Positions 1-13,050 of a DNA stretch of 64,000 nucleotides are shown in pieces. The notes under the pieces are model-generated. The model was not told the origin of the DNA, made no database searches, and worked only from the letters and a program-made list of their open reading frames with translations. A program made the position numbers and the translations under genes. How positions within the stretch are numbered: position 1 is the first letter of the stretch; each line of letters starts with the position of its first letter. Source of the DNA: the human T2T-CHM13v2.0 reference genome, Homo sapiens; the NCBI GenBank assembly GCA_009914755.4, contig CP068257.2:23648001-23712000 (forward strand), written 5' to 3'.

Positions 1-249
1 TTTTGTACCATTGTCTCCATTTATGTTAAGCTACATAACATTTATACTATAATTTACCTAATATTTTAAAATATTTAAATTACTTGCTTTTTATTTAAAT
101 ACATTGCTTTCCGAATGAAAAGTTACTTCTCTACTCCATCATCATCACTTGCCAATAAAATAAGTAATCATATGAGTAGGCAGATAGACATTTATAATAC
201 ACAATTTTGCATCTTTGAAATATCTCATTTTCTACATTTTAAAATTTGA

Positions 250-270
250 ATAAATAAATAAATAAATATG
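250..270. repeat. (AAAT)n microsatellite
   Basis: The sequence aaataaataaataaataaat is read directly. Confidence 0.9.
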
Positions 271-894
271 CCTCCTTCCTTAAATGATAAGAATTAAATT
301 CAAGATTTAACAAACAGTAAGAGAATGGAAAATTTATAAATATTTACTGCTCATTGGCCCCACACCAGCAGTGATAAAGGGCATTTGTCTATCTTGCCCC
401 TTTGGATAAACTCAAATATAGAAAAAATGACATGTTGTGTTGCTGTATAACCAGCAGCTCATCCTGGAAACAAACATGAAAGGTCAAAACTTGCCTCCCT
501 GGTCCCATTTTCAGGTCTTGTTCTTCTGCTGGTTCTCCTACTAGGAATGGAAAGGTAATTACCCCCATAAGTAAAGTACAAAATAGCCAAAAGATAGGGA
601 AATATTTTTCATGACAAGGACAACCTAAGCAGAAGATTGCTGGACAAGAAATCTCCCAGCTCCTCCCCTTTTATTTAATCTTTCATGAAATTTGTTTTCT
701 TTTTAAAACATTGTTCATAGAACAATTTTAATTTATTAAAAACAGAACATCACAAAATAATGAACTCTAACCTATTTGGAAATATACAAATACAAAATGC
801 TTATTTCAGTCCTCTGTTGCCATCTTCCAGGAATAATTAATCTATAATTTTTTATCTTCCTAGATGTTTTTCTACATTTACATAAAAACAAATA

Positions 895-1000
895 TGTATA
901 TTTATATTATCTATACATACATATCTATATCAATATAGGTAGATGATATAGATACAAATATAGATATAGATGTATAGATATAGATAATGGGAATTTATGG
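895..1000. repeat. Degenerate (TAGA/TATC)n-type simple repeat
   Basis: The run catacatacatatctatatcaatataggtagatgatatagatacaaatatagatatagatgtatagatatagata is seen directly. Confidence 0.8.
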
Positions 1001-1884
1001 TCAAAAATAGCTTCTATTACTTATATTCAAAGATATCTGGAAGTGCTTACTGAAAATTGTGGAACCATTTATTGAGTGGAATTTGACAAATTAGAATATT
1101 AATTTAAATTTCATTAAATGTGTATTTTGATTTTAAAATATTGCTATCTTGATCATGCAAGTCTTCCCATCTAAGATACATGGTCTAATTCAGGTCATGT
1201 TCTCTGTCCTTTCTGAGAATTTTAGAGGTTTCCTTATGTTAGGAACTTTAACATTTTCCTGGGGATTTCATAGTTCTTGTTGGTTCTTCAAATATAACTT
1301 AATTTCCTTTTCATATTTTAAAGCTTATTACTGGTATAAAGAAAGGACTAATATTTTTATGTATTTATCACATAGACAGCAGTATTGTAACCTCACTCAC
1401 TAATTTTAATAGTTTTAATTTTTTTTAATTTTCTAGGAATATATACATGTTTTTAAAAGTAAATTTCTTTCTTTTTCCTAATAGTTAATGTTGCTTTGAT
1501 TTTCACTTAATGAATTTGGTAGCTTATCTGATCCATTGGTAACTAAACGTAAATGAAAAAATCTACGCAATTTCTTTAAACATATGACATGGATTTTCAA
1601 TACTGCCTGGCAATCCCATTTCATTTCTTCAGTTCGTCTCTCCCCAGTCTTTCAGATGATTATTGCATGCAGACATATCTATTCTCCAACATCTCACCTT
1701 TCTAATTTTTAAGTGATAACTTTGAGTCATATTTTAATAAGAAAATAGGAATATTTCATAAGATATTTATAAAATATCTACAAAATATCGAATATTTATA
1801 AAAATCTGAACATTTATAAAATATCCACCAAAGCTCTTCCAGCTATCCCCAAACATTACTGTGTCCACTTTTCTTCCCATCACC

Positions 1885-2203
1885 TTTTTTTTTTCTTTTT
1901 TTGAGACAGAGTCTCGCTCTGTTGCCAGGCTGGAGCGCAGTGGCACGATCTTGGCTCACTGCAACCTTGCAACCTTTGCCTCTCAGGTTCAAGCTATTCT
2001 CCTGCCTCAGCCTCCCGAGTAGCTGGGACTACAGGCGTGTGCCACCAAGCCCAGATAATGTTTGTTTTTTGTTTTGTTTTGTTTTGTTTTTGTATTTTTA
2101 GTAGAGATGGGGTTTCACCATGTTGGCCAGGATGGTCTCGATCTCTGCCCACCTCAGCCTCCTAAAGTGCTAGGATTACAGATGTGAACCACCGTGCTCG
2201 GCC
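1885..2203 (-). mobile_element. Alu SINE, full length, minus orientation
   Basis: A poly-T at the left end is followed by gagacagagtctcgctctgttgcccaggctggagtgcagtggc... and ends with ...tgaaccaccgtgctcggcc. This is the reverse complement of the Alu consensus, with a (GTTTT)n linker at 2058-2095. Confidence 0.92.
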
Positions 2204-3881
2204 CCCATTCTCTCTTAAAACTACTCTAATCAGGATTTCATCCCTACTGCTGCATGAAACCGCTCTCATCAAGAATATCCAAACCTCCCTGGTTTACTTT
2301 AAATACTTCTTAATCCTCACCTTTCTTGACCCTCAGCAGCATCGTATGCAGTTGAATGCTCCCTCCTCTTGGCCCATTGTCTCCGCTTGGTGTCAGACAC
2401 GCCACTCTCAGCACTCTTTCCTTCTACTTGCCTGTCTTTTCCTTCTCAGTCTTCTTTGCTAGCCCTTTGTCTTCTCCCTGTCCTCTAAATATTGGTGTAT
2501 CCCAGAGCTCAGTCTACATCCCTCTCTCTCCTCTTCCCTACACACTCTCATTTTCCAGATAGTCTCATGTAGTCCTTGGCTTTAAAATACCTACATTTAT
2601 ATCTTCAATCCCAAATTTGCCTCTGAGATGCCGAATCATATGTACAATTGCCTGCTCTGCATTTAAGATGGATACCTAATTGATAACTAACTATAAGCTG
2701 TCCAAAACAGGATTCCAGATTTGACCCTCTTCCCAATCACAGATATATGTCTGTGTTGTAAAGATAGATAGATAAATACGCAACGCACACAAAGTCTGAC
2801 CACTCTTACCACAACCATCTCTACTTTTCCACAATAACCCCCAGTGGATCTCCTTGCTTCTACTCTTCCCTTTCTATAGCAGCCAGTGTGATCTTTTAAA
2901 AATACAAATAAAATTATATTATGTCCCCAGACTGCCCTTCCCGTTAAACATAAAATAAAATCCAAAGCCTTCTTATGGCCCGTAATGATCCACATGTACC
3001 TTTCTCCCACCCTGTACCTCATTAAGCTCATTCCCTACCTCTCTTGCTCACAGTGAAGACTACACTGGCTTTGTTGCTATTTCTAGACAAATAAAGATCA
3101 CTCCAAGTTCTGGGCCTCTGTGCTCACCATCTCTCTGTCTTGAAAATACTTCCCCCAATTATATTCATGGCTCACTCCCTCGCTTTGGTTGGGTCTATAT
3201 ACTTAATTGTCACATCAAAGAGGAGGCCCTTCTGGCCATGCTTTCTAAAGTACATTCCCCTCACTATCATTCTGTGTTACTTTTCATCATGGCCCTTATC
3301 ACTTCCATAAGGCACTCATTATTATCTTATTATCATCTCTCTCTTTATTAGAATACAGGTTCCCTGAAAACACAAATTTCCCGTCTTGGTCACCATCATA
3401 TTCTTATCACCAAGAACACTAAATGGCAGATAGTAGTCAATCAATAAATGAGTGTTCAGTGATGAGAAAGTGTTTAAAACTAAGTTGAATAAAATTGGTA
3501 ATACAAAAATTGATAATACCACTACTATTTCTGTCTTTAGTTAACTCCCATACAATTTCCCTTGCTGGGTTTTGTTTTATTCCTATTTAATTCATTTAGA
3601 GTATTATTAGTAATAGTCTCCTTGCTTCTATTCTGTTAAGTTTCCTGAAATACTCTTGCAGCCCCTATTTATAGGATAAAATTAGTTTTCTCCTTTACCT
3701 TCACATTTAAATATATTGGAAATTTTTGTTATATCACCCTTATATTGTAGGAGTAAATTGTTCTTGTCCATAAATATTTATCTTTATGGCATCTGGCTTT
3801 ATTGCTAATTTACCAATTGATATCATTTTCTTCTTAACCCTCTTCAAGAGAGCTATTAAATGTGGCAATAAAATGATATGG

Positions 3882-4252
3882 TTTGGCTGTGTCCCCACCC
3901 AAATCTCATCTTGAATTATAGTTCCCATAATCCCCACATGTCATAAGAGAGACCCAGTGGGAGGTAATAGAATCATGGGGGTGGTTACCCCCATGCTGTT
4001 CTCCTGATAGTCAAAGAGTTCTCATGAGATCTGATAGTTTTATAAGAGGCTTTTCCCCCTTTTGCTCGGCACTTCCCCTTGCTGCCACCATGTGAGGAAG
4101 GGCATGTTTGCCTCCCCTTCCACCACGATTATAAGTTTCCTGAGGCCTTCCCAACCATGCTGAACTGTGAGTCAATTAGACCTCTTTCCTTTATAAATTA
4201 CTGAGTCTCAGGTATGTCTTTATTAGCGGCATGAGAACAGACTAATACATTA
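3882..4252 (+). mobile_element. THE1/MST-family MaLR solo LTR
   Basis: It starts tgatatggtttggctgtgtccccacccaaatctcatcttgaatt and ends ctttcctttataaattactgagtctcaggtatgtctttattagcggcatgagaacagactaatacat. Both ends match the MaLR THE1/MST LTR consensus. Confidence 0.8.
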
Positions 4253-7150
4253 CAACATCCTATTTCTTAGGAGTTTGCCCAGGAGAGTGTTGATTCTTAG
4301 GCACTTTATGTATTTCAGTAAAACTAATTTATTAAATAGGTAATTTTAAAATATCTGAACTAATATCTATATATTGAATATATAATCTAAAAATAGCTAC
4401 TTTTCTAAATTGGCCATATAAATAACTTCATCTAACAGACAATAGTCTTTCTAGGTCACATGATCTGATTTGGGATTCGAAAAAACAATGTCAGATATTG
4501 CAACTATATCATGGCAGCCAGTGAACAAAGTTCACATTCCATGCTTCTTGTATTTGGACAGAGCTCAAACTACATAACTGAGACCTCAGAGCTGAGATAT
4601 ATCAAAGACCATAGATTTGAGTCCAGATTAACATGTTCTGCTCAAGCATCCTCATGATTTAAGGATTATTTTTATATTACAAAAGACCCCATTTTTCTTT
4701 AGCAAACATACCATAAGTCATGTTTAAAGAAAGGTACATAGAGCTAGGTGGATGTTTACAAGAGCCCTTTGAGTTAAATCCAAAATTATTAGCCTTTCTG
4801 CTGTATGCTTATAAATGAAGCATAGCACAACATAATAGCTAGATTGACCACAATTAGGTCCCTGAATTAAAGGCAAGAAATAAGACATTTTGACAGCTCT
4901 GGAACATTGCATTTCATGGGGTTCAGTGCACAGCTAGGTAACACAGGTCTTCCTGTAATTGCAGTACAATGGGAAAATTCAGTGCTTAATTGCCTTCAGA
5001 TTTTCTCATGTGATGGATATAAAAATCAAGTGCCAGCATTGTCTCCCTGCCATTAAGTGAAACACAACTAAAAACATTTTGGAGTTTAACTGTCCTAAAC
5101 CAGAATAAGAGTACATGTTGGGCTTCTTTCTCAGGCATAGTTTCTGTAACTATATACCTGTTTTTTCACAAATATAGAAAAAAATACTTTAAGAGTCCTG
5201 GTTGACAAAATGCTTTTAAAAATATTTTAAGAGCCCTGGCTTACGTCATCAGTAATATCCTCCCTTTCTCATATTAAAACAGTGCATCCAAAGTCTGCCA
5301 TTTCCTTAGCAAGGCTGGGAAAATAATCTTTAACAATGTGCCAAGATGAAAAGAAGTGTGGTTATTTTTGTTACTTCTTTCACCAGAAGAAAAAGGAGAA
5401 GAAAGAGGAGGAGGATGAAAATGAGGAGGAGTAGGAAAATGCTGCATTTTGTAGCAAATTGTAAATGTTATATTTACAAACCACATATCACTTTATATTC
5501 CGGGATAGAGAGCAGTTGTCGCTGAGGGATTTCTGGAAATATGGGCTAAATCCCAAGAGTGGCTCTGGAAAATACTGGGAAGACAGCAGATGAAAATTAC
5601 TACTGTGAGGAGAATGTAAATGACACTGTGAAAATGCCAGATGTAGACAGACATATCCTCTACTGAAGAGCATCTGCCTGGGGAGAAGACAGGGAGCTTC
5701 ATTTGAGCACAGTGAGGCAGCTATAAGCACTCATAGCCACTTCTCCTTCCAGCTGGCCTTACTGAGAAAAACTCAAGACTGAACTCCACTGAACCATCTG
5801 CATCCACCCAAATGAATAGCAGGAAGACTAACTCCATGCAGGAGCCCCTGGGCTTTCATGGTCCACATTCATAAATCCCAAGGATTCAGAGCAGCATTCT
5901 TTAATGTAATGGAGAAAATACTATTCTCAAACATACTCAACAATAATGTTGTAAAACATATGGCTAATGAATGCATTGTCCTGATTATCTACAGGAACTT
6001 GTAAGACTGTTCTTCAGGTAGCCTTGGACAGACCCAGTTCTCCCCATTTTCTCACTTGCAGTTCTCAAGAATAACCATAGAATGTGCAAGGAATGCAACA
6101 TCTTGAGGTAGAAAGGAACTGGCCAGAACATCCTGGGCTCTGTTCCAGTCCCCTACCCTTGAACAGGATGTCCTTCGATGCCTTATCACAGCAAGTCACG
6201 TGACCCTGAAGTGTATAATCCTGCAAAGGGAGCTTTTCAGGCTTCCTCATGTGCAATGCAAGCAGGGCATATGTACTCAAGACTCCACCCATCCCAGGCA
6301 GCTTTCCTGAGCCTTGAGCGACTGACTCTCAATGAGTCCTTGGTTTCTGTTATCCCTTGCTGCCCATCTGTAAGTAATAAACTGGCTTCATGCATCTTGT
6401 TGCATATAAGAACGTTTTGTCTCACTGGACTCGAACAAGTTGTTAGCCAGTGCACAGTGGACCTGCTTCACAGAATGCGAAGAGTCCAAGGCTTGGGGGT
6501 GATGTTTAGGTTGTAACAAAGCCACAAAGCACAGGTGATTGTCCATGGCAATAAAGACTATGTCTTAACATTTTACAGCTGTTACAGACATAAATTGGAA
6601 GAGAATCTATATCTGACCCTTTAAGGGGCACCTATGTGAAGTCATTTGCTGCTGAGGGCAGCTTTATACTTTAACCAAAAAGTCAAAGAAAATTCATCAT
6701 TTCCTTTTGATTTCTGGAGCCAACATCGTTCTCCTACTCAGATGCTCTTCCCAGAAGACATCATCTGTAACTTGTGATCTGTGAACTGTACGTGACAGGC
6801 AAACTGAATTCTCTTTAGAATTATCTCTTTTCAGACGGGAAGATCAGTAATGACCAAATGAGTACCGGTTTGTTGCAAGAAGCACCCTGCTACCTCACCC
6901 TAATGATTAAATTTGTAATTTTTCCTTGTCTGTGGCCACTAACTATTCATAATTCTGAACCATATTTTTAGAATAATTTCTATAGTGGAATTATTTTATT
7001 GCCAGTTGTTGTTTTGTTGATTTTGGCCCACAGAAGCAGATCATAGTGGAAGAGAGAATGCCACCTGAGGCAGGACCCAGTCCAAGACAAACTAGAATGT
7101 TTACTTAAGACCTGGCATAAACTAGAATGTTTACTTAAAACACTCCATTA

Positions 7151-7200
7151 TTTTTTGTTTGTTTTTTGTTTGTTTTTGAGATTGAGTCTCACCCTGTCAA
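7151..7200 (-). mobile_element. Inverted Alu 3' tail fragment (poly-A plus the last ~25 nt of an Alu) joined to the following L1 segment
   Basis: The sequence ttttttgtttgttttttgtttgtttttgagattgagtctcaccctgtcaa is the reverse complement of an Alu 3' end plus its A-rich tail. It lies inside the same 15 bp TSD pair as the adjacent L1 fragment. Confidence 0.6.
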
Positions 7201-7879
7201 GAAACGACAGATGCTGGCAAGGTTGAGGAGAAATAGGAAAGCTTTTACACTGTTGGTGGGAGTGTAAATTAGTTCAACCATTGTGGAAGACAATGTGGTG
7301 ATTCCTCAAAGATTTAGAACCAGAAATACCACTTGACCCAGCAATCCCATTATTGGGTATATATCCAAAGGAATATAAATCATTCCATTATAAAGACACA
7401 TGCACGCATATGTTCATTGCAGCACTACTCACAATAGCAAAGACATGGAATCAATCCAAATGCCCATCAGTGATAGACTGGATAAAGAAAATATGGTACA
7501 TATACACAATGGAATACTATGCAGCCATAAAAAGGACCAAGATCATGTCTTTTGCAGGGACATGGATGAAGCTAGAAGCCACTATCCTCAGCAAACTAAC
7601 ACAGGAACAGAAAGCCGAACACCACATGTTCTCACTTATAAGTGGGAGCTGAACAATGAGAACATATGGACACAAGGAGGGGAACACCACACACTGGGGC
7701 CTATCAGGGAAGCAGGGATAAAAGCATTAGAGAAAAGAACGAAATGCATGCTGGGCTTAATACCTAGGTGATGAGTTGATAGGTGCAGCAAACCACCATG
7801 CCACATGTTTACCTGCGTAACAAACCTGCACATCTTGTACATGTACCCCCGAACTTTAAAAAAGTAAAGTAAAATAAAA
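7201..7879 (+). mobile_element. LINE-1 3' end (ORF2 C-terminal coding remnant plus 3' UTR), L1PA/L1PB-like, 5'-truncated
   Basis: Landmarks are ggtgctggcaaggttgaggagaaatagg..ttacactgttggtgggagtgtaaattagttcaaccattgtggaagac, then ...atggaatactatgcagccataaaaag and ...gtgggagctgaacaatgagaacatatggacac. The A-rich tail is aaaaaagtaaagtaaaataaaataaaa. The TSD taaaacactccatta is at 7136-7150 and 7880-7894. ORFs 7353-7652 and 7400-7771 translate L1 ORF2 C-terminal motifs (MEYYAAIKR...). Confidence 0.9.
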
Positions 7880-9649
7880 TAAAACACTCCATTAGCATGG
7901 AATTCAACAAGCTGAGGATTTTCAAGAGACAATTATAATACAAAAGAGATGGAAAAGCTATGTTGTATCTCTACTGTTCAGTAATCACCAGAGGCACCCA
8001 AAGACAGAAGCTGATCCCTCACTATGACGCTTAAAATGGTCCACAACTCAACCCTCTAGTCACTCCTGACATGAACATTAGCCAGACCAGTCTTTGCACA
8101 ATTCCTCAAGTTCCCCTGTGGTAGGATGGCAACTACTTATTCCCCACTCCTGATTTTGCCTTCCACATGAAGGGAACTTTTCTAGCTACAAGAAGCCTAG
8201 CCTTTCCTCACCCTTTTACTCATTCCGTTTCCTTACAATAAGGAATAATGTATTGATTGCTGAGATTAGAAGGAGTAATCAGTGAGCCACAGTCCAGCTC
8301 CTTTCTGCTACCTGCAGAACACATACTTTTTCCTCTTTTATCCCATACCTTAAATTTCAAAGGGCCCTGCCCCTATGTGAAGTGGTAGTGGAGTGGACTG
8401 GGATGGAGTGGGAACACTTATCTTTGCTGACTCATTTGGGGATTTTAGTTTTAGAAAACCCTTGACCACACAAGGGACATTTTGTTCCTCTGTGCCTTAC
8501 TGCTGTCTTACTTTTCAGTTGGGTCAGAACACACAGAAGAAGTAGGGATGCTATTTTGAGGTCACCTCAAAGACCACAGGACTATATTTGTTCACAACTT
8601 CTTGTTCCAGGAGTTTCTGCCATCTGGAAGGTACTTCCTCATTCTTTTCACCTTTTCCAAATGTATGCACCATTCAAGCTATTTTTCAAGTCTTAACTTC
8701 AACCACAAAATGTTCCACAAAGCAGCTGTGATATTTAAATAATGTAATATGTGTGAAAGCATTGTGTCTGGGGCAGTAGGTATATACTAGGTGTGACTTT
8801 TCTTTTTCCTTCTTAGTCACTCAAGTCTATGTTAATCTTCACCATACACTGCTGGTTTGAGTACCAAGAGGTGCAAATATCTAGAAATCAGTGAGATGTT
8901 ATATCTAAAGAGCCATAAAATTAACCATGCCCTTTGAGCCAAAGTTCCACTTCTGAGAATGTATGCTGACTTAAAGCTGAAACTGGCAAATATTTATACC
9001 CCAAGATATATGTTATATTGTGATCAATAAGGAAATGACTAAGTAAATTGTGGCATCGACATATAATGGATTATTTCGCAACATTTAAGATTACACTAGC
9101 AAGTTTCTAAAGATAACACAAAGTATTTCTATACTTCTGCATGATCTTACCTCAGTGGTAATCATTCCCTCTCCTGAAAAATAATAAGAGCTTTATTTTT
9201 CACTCTCTTTTCTGTGTCATTCTTCAACATTATACTTTAAGAGGATTTTTTCACTATTTTCTATCATGATAATCATCATCGTTATCATCTGAAAACACAA
9301 AACCATATGTGCTGATTTTACAGGTGTTGCAGTATGAGGATATTCTCTGGAAGTTTACAATACAAAATATGCAACCACATCACACAGTAAAAACTCAATA
9401 TGTATTCGTGAAGTAGTTGAGTGAATGACCTGGACTAATGTATGTATTAATAATAAAGGTACAGGTATCAAGTTCATATGTATGTACTACCTGAGTAAAT
9501 AAATGAATGATTAGTGAATCATCTCTACTGTCTAATTATATATCAATCATTCATTTTGTTTTTCACTTTATTCCAGGAGATGCTAATTGCCTGTCCATTT
9601 CCCCAGTACTTCTCATATGTTCATTTTTGAAACAGGAAATAACCACTCA

Positions 9650-9771
9650 CGATGCCCTCGGCAACATTGACTCTAAAGTATGAAATAGAACACAATTTCA
9701 AAATGAAGCACGATGCCCTCGGCAACATTGACTCTAAAGTATGAAATAGAACACAATTTCAAAATGAAGCA
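9650..9771. repeat. Perfect tandem duplication of a 61 bp unit (2 copies)
   Basis: The unit cgatgccctcggcaacattgactctaaagtatgaaatagaacacaatttcaaaatgaagca appears at 9650-9710 and 9711-9771, 61/61 identical. Confidence 0.95.
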
Positions 9772-10330
9772 GGCAATTAGGAAAGTACCAGGTTATGACC
9801 ATAAATAACATTCATTCTCCCACTTCAGTATAGCTGCACCACACCATTAATATACACAAAGTGCAAAAAGTGTTCTCTCCTTATTGCTTCCTGCAATTGG
9901 ATCTGATGGATCATTTACCTTCAAAAACTTTATGTAAGTCTGTTCTCAAGTCAAGGTTTTAGATAACCAGTTTTTTTCTTTTTTTAGACAGAGTTCACAT
10001 AGACAAAATAATCGCCCCCAAGTAGCTAAGTCTCAGATGTATTATGAGACAGATATTAAGAAACTAACGTATAAGTATTAAAATACTGAATAAGTGAATC
10101 AAATTTGCCATGAATCTCCCTGTTTAAAAAATGTCAACACTTTTATGATTCACTTTAACTGTAGTGGTATCAAGTTGGCATTCCTCTTAGATGCTCTTAC
10201 TCCTCTCTCATATTACTGTAAGTGACTGATGATATGTATCAAGAATCAGACCATGTTGTTAAAAACACACACACAAGTACGATAATAAATTTTATCTTTT
10301 TGTAACTGTGAAATACTATTTTTTAATCTT

Positions 10331-10433
10331 TTTTTGTTTTTTGTTTTTTGTTTTGAGACAGAGTCTTGCTCTGTTCCCTAGGCTGGAGTGCAATGGCATA
10401 GTCTTGGCTCCCTGCAACCTCCGCCTCCTGGGT
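10331..10433 (-). mobile_element. 5'-truncated Alu (right-arm fragment, about 100 bp), minus orientation
   Basis: The fragment reads ttttttgttttttgttttttgttttgagacagagtcttgctctgttccctaggctggagtgcaatggcatagtcttggctccctgcaacctccgcctcctgggt. The TSD tattttttaatct is on both sides at 10318-10330 and 10435-10447. Confidence 0.85.
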
Positions 10434-11480
10434 CTATTTTTTAATCTTACTTGAACCTCGTTATGTTATTAACCTCCCTTTCAAATCTAAGAAAGTATCT
10501 TTAAAATGGTATATTGACCATGAACAATATGCAAATGCTAAGGCCTATATGATGTTGTCTGGAGTCCCCTGCTGTCATGCAGATGTCACAGTGATTGGCT
10601 TCCTGCTCCCAGGTCAGATTTGCTCTACCCTGAGGCTAATCTGTCCTTGTTACTTCACACACTGTCCTGTGTAGAACCACATTCTTCATTAACATCTAAT
10701 TTCCTAGAAAATTTTTTTTCCGATAAAGAGCACTTCCTGGAAGATCGGGGCACCCGAATGAGCCGGCATTTTCTACATCTTCAGGGCTTTGTAAAGCTTA
10801 AGATAACTGACAAATAGCCTTAAATGTTTGTTGCTGAATTACAAGAAAATTTAGTGTGCATGAAGAACGGTTTCCAGATTTTAATCCATGCATTAATCCA
10901 TTAAAACACCTTCGACTTCTGAGGCCCCTTTAAAATATGAGGAGCTGACTGAGAATTGTGAATTGCATGCATATTCTAAACTTTAAAAAAGCTATTGACA
11001 AGATTTTCTTGGTGGATAATTTTTCCATGACTGCATCATTCTTTCCAAAGCAGAAACATGTTTAGGTTAGCATTTTTAATACTAAGTATTAGACCCTGAA
11101 CATTTTATTTGTACCATTTATATGGTATTCTGGACTTACTGTGTCTTTGAGGAATTTGTGCTTCAAGAAGAGTGGGCTGAAACAGAAAAATATCACCTTC
11201 GAAATAAGACTGATACTAACCAAATTCATGGAAGGATATGTAAGCCAGATGCCAACTTGATCATTTGCATTGAGAATTTCAACTACTAAGGAAAGCAAAT
11301 TCTCATATCCACTATGTAGTATATTGTTTACCTGTGTGCATAAATATCTACCCTGAAAGACAAACTGTTATCAAAAGATTGCTTGGTGAGTATGGACACA
11401 GAGAAATTAGAATGAGCTGTGTGATCTTTATGTTGATTTCCTCAGGCATTGACCACCAAATGTAACTTTTCATAGGCAGA

Positions 11481-11510
11481 TTCTTGGGTTTTTGAGTCAG
11501 AGTCTTCTTT
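11481..11510. promoter_or_regulatory. Perfect 10 bp inverted repeat carrying two AP-1/TRE consensus heptamers (TGAGTCA / TGACTCA)
   Basis: The palindrome tttgagtcag agtcttctttc ctgactcaaa is a motif match only. There is no evidence of function. Confidence 0.15.
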
Positions 11511-13050
11511 CTGACTCAAATATTAGAGGCATACTGAAAAGTTATTATTGTGTTTTACTTTCAAAATCAGTTCTCGATTTTCTTTCAAATAGAGAATAAT
11601 GCAATGTATTAAATTTTGGGTATTTTTAATTTGTTGGTTTGGTTGAGGTTTAATTTTTATAGATCTTCTCAGACTAAATACATTCTTGATGTACCTTGAA
11701 ACACTGTATCTTTTTATTAGTAATTATTTTGGAATTTTTCTATAGATGGTTGAATTTTTGTATTGTATCAGTAGTTCTTAATTGATTTTATATCTCAGAT
11801 ACCCTTGAAGATATAATAAAATTACAGATCATTTTCCCAGAAAAACAAATATAGTAAATGCATACAAAATTTTGCATACTCCTTAAGTGTTTGATAGGGA
11901 TACAAAAGTTAATTCATGTACTGCACATTTGTCGAACTTGAGCTACTTTATCTGTCCAGACCATATCATACTTATACTTCCTATTTTCAGAATGAGACAA
12001 AATTTTAGAGACACAAAAAGGCAAACATGCAACTCAACTTTTACATAATTTGCCAAATGCAGTGCCAGGCCAATGCCTGGATGTCATCTGAAGGCAGCAG
12101 ATTCGGTCAGAGAAGGTGCCAGGCCTAAGCTGCAGAGCTGGCTTTGAGGATGGGGGTGAGCAAGCAACAGAGGATTTTATCTGCAATTGGTCTTAATCCT
12201 CTGAATAAAGCATAAGTTTTGGTCTTGATAACTCATGTACCTTAGGGATCTATGGACCAGGAAGGGCAGATTTCACTCAATTTTATATAAAAATAGAAGC
12301 AAACAGATGTAATCTCCAAACAGAGTTCCTATTAAAGACAGTCAGTAGACAGTATATGTTCTCTTTCCCTGTTGTAGTAATACAGCCTGTTTTTGGAAAG
12401 AACACAAAAAACTTGATTCACTTTGTTTAGGAAAAATAAGCAATAGTTACATCCCATTTTCTTCCCAGAAAATGGTGGTTTCAGTCCTAGGAGATATTCT
12501 AAGGTCTTCACAATAGCTGCTACTTTTCTTAATTTCACACAGAGTAGGCATAATTTCAAGTTTGGGAAATACCTTATTGTCATCCTTATCCTTCATTTTA
12601 CTCTTTATTAAAAAAACAGTAATATGTACATATGGTGTGTTATTTCCAAATGGATAAAATAATAGCTCTCAGATGCTTCATATAATTCAATGAAGTAATA
12701 ATAAAATATATATTTCTCTTAAATAGAACAACACAAGCCTTGGTGATGATCATGGTGTATAGGGCAATGAGACAGATTGGTAGGTTATTTGTAAATGCTT
12801 TTTAGAGGGCATTATGCTGGGTTTCTCTGCCTCCATATTTCCCATCACAGTATCTTATTTGTAGATTTGTGTATTGATTTATACTGGAGTGTATTTTATC
12901 ATTTGTGTCTACATCTGACCATCTGTTTGCCTGCTAATTCTGTAGCCATTCTTTCTTTCACAGGGTCAGAAAGCTATATATACTCCTTCCATTTCACATT
13001 TTTACTGAGTCGGGCTTGTTATCTTTTAAAATTTGATTTGCTTTTCTTCC

